Source: Bdellovibrionales bacterium (lineage in GTDB: Bacteria > Bdellovibrionota > Bdellovibrionia > Bdellovibrionales > JAUICD01). Taken from it: a stretch of DNA of 64,000 nt. The notes below the pieces were generated by a model. That model was not told the DNA's origin, searched no databases, and worked only from the letters and a program-made list of their open reading frames with translations. Shown piece by piece: positions 59,795 through 64,000 of this stretch. The first letter of the stretch is position 1. Each line of letters opens with the position of its first letter. The stretch covers positions 224,001 through 288,000 of the forward strand of contig CBDANC010000014.1 in NCBI GenBank assembly GCA_965197425.1, read 5' to 3'. The position numbers and the translations under genes are program-made.

Positions 59795-61347
59795 AAGCTT
59801 TCCTCAAATTCTTTACTTATAGTAATAACAAAATATTTAATTGCCTCAGTTCCACCTATAGCAACTATCTTAATGTTATATTCTATAGAACTAAATTCTA
59901 ACTTATTATTAAATATCTGTTCAGGAGATTCTTCAGATTGACTTATTAAATCCTTAACATTCAACAAAAGCGACTGATCATTAATCTCATCAATACTTTG
60001 ATTTACCAAAATGCCATCATTTGCACCTATCAGATTTTCACAAGTTTGATTTATAGCAACAATAACACGGCTGTTGTCTATAATCATCGTTGGCGTTTCT
60101 GTGGAGTTAACCAAATTATTTGCCTCATCTACTGGTAATAAACTAAATGATTGACCTACATCTTTATCTTCTTCGCTAATTCTAGAAAGGGAAGAATTAA
60201 TGTTGGTGATCAATTTTTGTAGAATTGGAAAGTTGAAGTTATGCGAAACTTGTTTTTCACCATCTTTAAGAGCGCGATCTAACTGTTGATTTATATCAAC
60301 AATTGGCTTTTCTACAAGGCTCATCAACATGACAAATAATACAAAACCAAGAACTATTGCAAAAGCTAGTACTTGAACTACAAGCCTTATTACATCATCC
60401 ATTTGAAAAACCTTTCTTCCCATATCATAGATAATAATTGCAAAAGAGCTGACAGACAGAGTTCCTGTATTAGGGTTCAGCTGTTGTACTGGTATACTCA
60501 CGCCTATTGTGGAGCTGTTTAGCACTTCTAATGTTGAGCTATTATTCCTTCTTGCTTTGTGAACAAAAGGAAGATCAGGATCAGTTCCACTGAGTTTACT
60601 TGGTGCTATTACATGACCATCAGTTGCGCTAATAATAAGAGCTTCTTTTACACCTTCAGATCTTGTTTCTTCTATGGAAAAAGAATTTTGTAGCCCCTTG
60701 GAACTAGCATTTTTAAACCTATTTGCTAATCGCTGTCCAATGTCATTAGCTCTAAGCAAACTTTCTTGTTGAATACGTTCTTTGGATATGTTGATCATTG
60801 GTATTGCAGACAAAACTGTTACCATAACAACATAACAAGCTATAAAACATCCAATCACCCACTTAAATTCTCCCCACTCAGCAATTTTGTAAATTCCCTG
60901 CATAAAAATGTTTTCTAAAGATGCCTTTAAACCGGTTGGCTTTAGTGTTGAGGATTCCTTTGATTCAAAATTTTCATCATTTGAAAATTCTTCAGAGTAA
61001 GATTGATTTGGCATTTCATTTGATATTTGACTATCTTGTCTAATTGGGGTTCTGGCAAATTCTAAAACGGTTTGATGAACTGATATCTTATCCCCAGCTT
61101 TTATATTGGATCGTTTTATTAAAACTCCATTTACGAAAGTACCATTTCTAGAGCCTAGATCTGCTATGAAAGCTGTATCAGATTTTACAACTACCTGGAA
61201 ATGTTTCCTGGACATCGATTTTGATTGAATTTGTATATCACTATCCTGCCCACGGCCCACTGTATTTGCTCCTTCTTTTAAAGCAAAACGCTCTCCTAAG
61301 TTTGGACCACTTATAATTTTAATTTCCCACATAGAGCTTATCTCCAA
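59791..61347 (-). CDS. FHA membrane protein with two TMs and C-terminal PAS-like domain
   Basis: VGR...MSRKH...DLGSRNGTFVNG; sensor-like topology. Confidence 0.85.
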   Translation of the reverse strand: MEISSMWEIKIISGPNLGERFALKEGANTVGRGQDSDIQIQSKSMSRKHFQVVVKSDTAFIADLGSRNGTFVNGVLIKRSNIKAGDKISVHQTVLEFARTPIRQDSQISNEMPNQSYSEEFSNDENFESKESSTLKPTGLKASLENIFMQGIYKIAEWGEFKWVIGCFIACYVVMVTVLSAIPMINISKERIQQESLLRANDIGQRLANRFKNASSKGLQNSFSIEETRSEGVKEALIISATDGHVIAPSKLSGTDPDLPFVHKARRNNSSTLEVLNSSTIGVSIPVQQLNPNTGTLSVSSFAIIIYDMGRKVFQMDDVIRLVVQVLAFAIVLGFVLFVMLMSLVEKPIVDINQQLDRALKDGEKQVSHNFNFPILQKLITNINSSLSRISEEDKDVGQSFSLLPVDEANNLVNSTETPTMIIDNSRVIVAINQTCENLIGANDGILVNQSIDEINDQSLLLNVKDLISQSEESPEQIFNNKLEFSSIEYNIKIVAIGGTEAIKYFVITISKEFEESL

Positions 61348-61651
61348 CAGAAATCTTATCAGACATTCCTACATTCATTTCAAAAACGGATGAAGTCCCT
61401 ATGATTGGCCACACAACACGCCAAGGTTTTAAATTTTTATGAATTTTTTTAACCAAAAGAAAGTCATTTACGAATACTACATCTATGGGAATTCTCATAA
61501 AAAATGTATGGATACTATTGCACTTTTGAATCCATAAAATAAAATCCAGTTTGTTAATTCCTAAAAGCCCTCTAACTCTGGATTTTAAATTACTAGCTTC
61601 AACTAGTTTTTCTGTTATGACTAAATTGGTATTTAAGTTTTTTAAAGTCAT
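61319..61651 (-). CDS. DUF192 family protein
   Basis: SRVRGLLG, CNSIHTFFMRIPIDVVF, LKPW, VFEM. Confidence 0.88.
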   Translation of the reverse strand: MTLKNLNTNLVITEKLVEASNLKSRVRGLLGINKLDFILWIQKCNSIHTFFMRIPIDVVFVNDFLLVKKIHKNLKPWRVVWPIIGTSSVFEMNVGMSDKISVGDKLYVGN

Positions 61652-61654
61652 CTT

Positions 61655-62554
61655 CTATCCGCCACCAGAAATAAATTGCAGAATAACAGGGCCAAATACC
61701 ATAATAAATACAGCTGGTAAGATAAACATCATAAGAGGTAAAAGTATTAGCTGAGATGCTCTAGCACCTGCTTTCTCTGCTCTAAGAAGTCGCTCAAGTC
61801 TCATTTGAATGGATTGTTGCTTTAAAACTTCACCAACACTGGAACCACTTGCTTCTGCATCAACTACAACAACCACAAAACTTGTAACCTCTGAAATGTT
61901 TAACCTATCTGCCATCGCTCTTAAAGCTTCCGAACGCGAAGAACCTATTTTTATATCTTTTAAAACTACACGCAGTTCATCAGCTAAAACTGAGTTTTCT
62001 GCCTTATCTACAACCCTTTCAATTGCAGTTATAAAATCCATACCTGCTGCTTGAGTTGAAAGTGCCAAGAGATCTATGAAAAAAGGAAGGTCATTTATTA
62101 TTTGTTTAGCCTTTTTCTTTTTAGCAGAGTCAACATGTAACTTGGGAAAATAAAATCCAAGAAGCCCTAATCCCATTATCACCACAGGGCTATATCCAAG
62201 CTCTAAAGTAAAGTTAAGAAGCACCAAAAGCATGGGAAACAATAGTCCCCATAGTATTTGCATTCCTATAAATTCATCTTCATTTAATTCCCCAGATAGT
62301 CCTGCAGACATTATATTTTTTTTAATGCTTTGACGGTATTTTTTAAGCTCTACCTTTTTTACCAACGAAAGACAAAACTTATGAACTATTGGACGAGATA
62401 TTTCTATAAACTTAGACTTGGATTTATCGGGTTCATCTCCACTTGTCCAGGACAGATCATCTACACTACCATCACCTGAAATAAACACATTAGATATGAG
62501 ATAGATGCTAAGGCCTATCATTAACAGACCACCTAGCAGCATTAACTCTCCCAC
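61655..62554 (-). CDS. tadC: Tad pilus platform protein (T2SS F family)
   Basis: LPFFIDLL, GSSRSEAL, AEKAG, PLMMFILPAVF. Confidence 0.88.
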   Translation of the reverse strand: MGELMLLGGLLMIGLSIYLISNVFISGDGSVDDLSWTSGDEPDKSKSKFIEISRPIVHKFCLSLVKKVELKKYRQSIKKNIMSAGLSGELNEDEFIGMQILWGLLFPMLLVLLNFTLELGYSPVVIMGLGLLGFYFPKLHVDSAKKKKAKQIINDLPFFIDLLALSTQAAGMDFITAIERVVDKAENSVLADELRVVLKDIKIGSSRSEALRAMADRLNISEVTSFVVVVVDAEASGSSVGEVLKQQSIQMRLERLLRAEKAGARASQLILLPLMMFILPAVFIMVFGPVILQFISGGG

Positions 62555-62742
62555 TTTAATCCCCCACCTTAGAAATCAAAAATAACTTTAAAAATACACA
62601 CCTATATCGCAATCTGATCGGATTTTTAGACCAAAATCATAAGCAATTTTAGCTCTTAACCTAGACTTTTGTATTAAGGGTAAGCTTGTAATTTTAGAGT
62701 ATAATTAAATTGTTAGCTTAAGGGTGTTGTTTTGATAGTTGT

Positions 62743-63402
62743 TTATGATCCCAAATAGGTCAATGTGAATGTATCTACAAAGTGATTTTTTTGATCTAAC
62801 ACTTGAATGACTATTTCGCTTTCGGGTCTTAAAGACTCCTCAATTCTCATGTTAGTTCCGAAGTAAAAAAAGCTCTCAATGTCAGGGTTTGCCGAGTATA
62901 AAAATCCAATTTTAGAGTTTCTAATTACTTCTACACCGTCGATTGTCATTACATATTCTATATAATAATCATTATAATCTAAAATATTATTAGGTCGATT
63001 ACGACGAGATGTCTGTATTAGAAACTGATCTCCCAATGGTACTGTGGTGATTTTTTCACACACTTCTTCTTCAGTTAAGTGAGAGTAACCTCTGTACTGA
63101 GGAACCAAATAGCTCATTATTGTAGGAGAACGATCCTTTATAAATGAAATCATAAGGTTTAGAGATTCACAGCTTTGTTGAGAGCTACTATCACCAGGAA
63201 GTTCTGAGTTAATTATATCTACCCATTCAGACACTATTTCTGGAGTAAAGTACTTAATCCTTGTTTTTCCATCCACACCGGTAGCCTCTTTGTGGCTCAA
63301 CAAGAAAGTTTATCCTACATCGTTGTAGGGAATGTAAAAGAAGTCTCTATAGTCACAACCTACTAAGATAAATAGACATAACAAAAAAATTATCTTTTTC
63401 AT
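62743..63402 (-). pseudogene. lipoprotein interrupted by an in-frame TAA at 63310-63312
   Basis: MKKIIFLLCLFILVGC signal/lipobox from ATG 63402 is in frame with ORF 62743-63303. Confidence 0.6.
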
Positions 63403-63611
63403 GAAACCCTCAATTATGAAATTCTCTGCTATAGAATATACGGCCTGATTGTAGCATAATTGGCTATTTTAAAAATATATCAATATTATAAAACGGCCAT
63501 TTTTATAATATTTTTATTTGCTTAATGCAGGTTTTTACCTATTCCAGAGAAAGAGGGTTCCCGTCATACTTAGTGATATTCCCAAAGCCCATATTATGTT
63601 AGTTTATTTTC

Positions 63612-64000
63612 GTGTCAAACTATCTATGGCTGATAATGCCACCAGAAATTTCTCATAAACTTGCACCATATGCTCTAAAAATTTTAAGTTTTTTTAGACA
63701 AAATCAGGATTACCACTGGAACGAAACTTCCTTTAAACATCTAAAATTTAAAAATCCCTTAGGGATCGCAGGGGGGGTAGATAAGAACGCAAAAAACATA
63801 AAACATTGGCCAAAGTTTGGAACCGGATTTTTAGAAATAGGGACTATAACACTTAATCCACAAAAACAAAATCCAGGTAAAGTTTTACTTAGAAAAAATA
63901 AAAGTCTATGGAATCATCTAGGGTTTCCAAATGATGGAGCAGAAAAAATAATCAAAAGTCTAGAGCATAAACCAGACATCCCTCTGTTTGTAAACATAGG
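63612..64000 (+). CDS. pyrD: quinone-dependent dihydroorotate dehydrogenase (partial, runs off the right edge)
   Basis: Manual translation: NPLGIAGGVDKN, FLEIGTIT..PQ..NP, NHLGFPNDG, VNIG. Confidence 0.9.
   Translation, partial: MSNYLWLIMPPEISHKLAPYALKILSFFRQNQDYHWNETSFKHLKFKNPLGIAGGVDKNAKNIKHWPKFGTGFLEIGTITLNPQKQNPGKVLLRKNKSLWNHLGFPNDGAEKIIKSLEHKPDIPLFVNI

Noticed and set aside
63310..63312. Stop-codon reassignment
   Set aside because: TAA, TAG and TGA all terminate well-identified genes normally in this window.

Overview
AT-rich (about one-third GC by eye) bacterial chromosomal window, most likely Bdellovibrionota. The evidence is dnaX-recR-mglA with no mglB and Ser at MglA position 21, a TadC-DUF192-FHA cluster, and sigma-28-like promoters. 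Core genes: pal/cpoB, a caa3-type (A2) cytochrome c oxidase operon, dnaX, recR, mglA, clpP-clpX-lon, pepA, sufE, pheS-pheT-ihfA-merR, ung, speA, tatA, mdh-sucC-sucD-ndk-pilF-rodZ, uppP, a trans-sulfuration enzyme, tRNA-Phe, exbB/exbD and partial pyrD. Accessory content: four tandem paralogous lipoproteins sharing a 10-cysteine domain I do not recognise, three secreted ankyrin-repeat proteins, two secreted coiled-coil proteins and a histone H1-like Lys/Arg repeat protein. The most unusual signal is non-coding. A dispersed family of ~60-bp hairpin elements has conserved flanks (AACRYAATTC...TCAATCAGTG or AACGTAG...CTCTCAGTGTT), variable stems and AAGYC-containing loops. Copies occur singly and in mosaics in both orientations and resemble integron attC sites in size and termini, but no integrase or transposase is in the window. 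Several genes carry small indels that may be sequencing errors. All alignments were done by eye.
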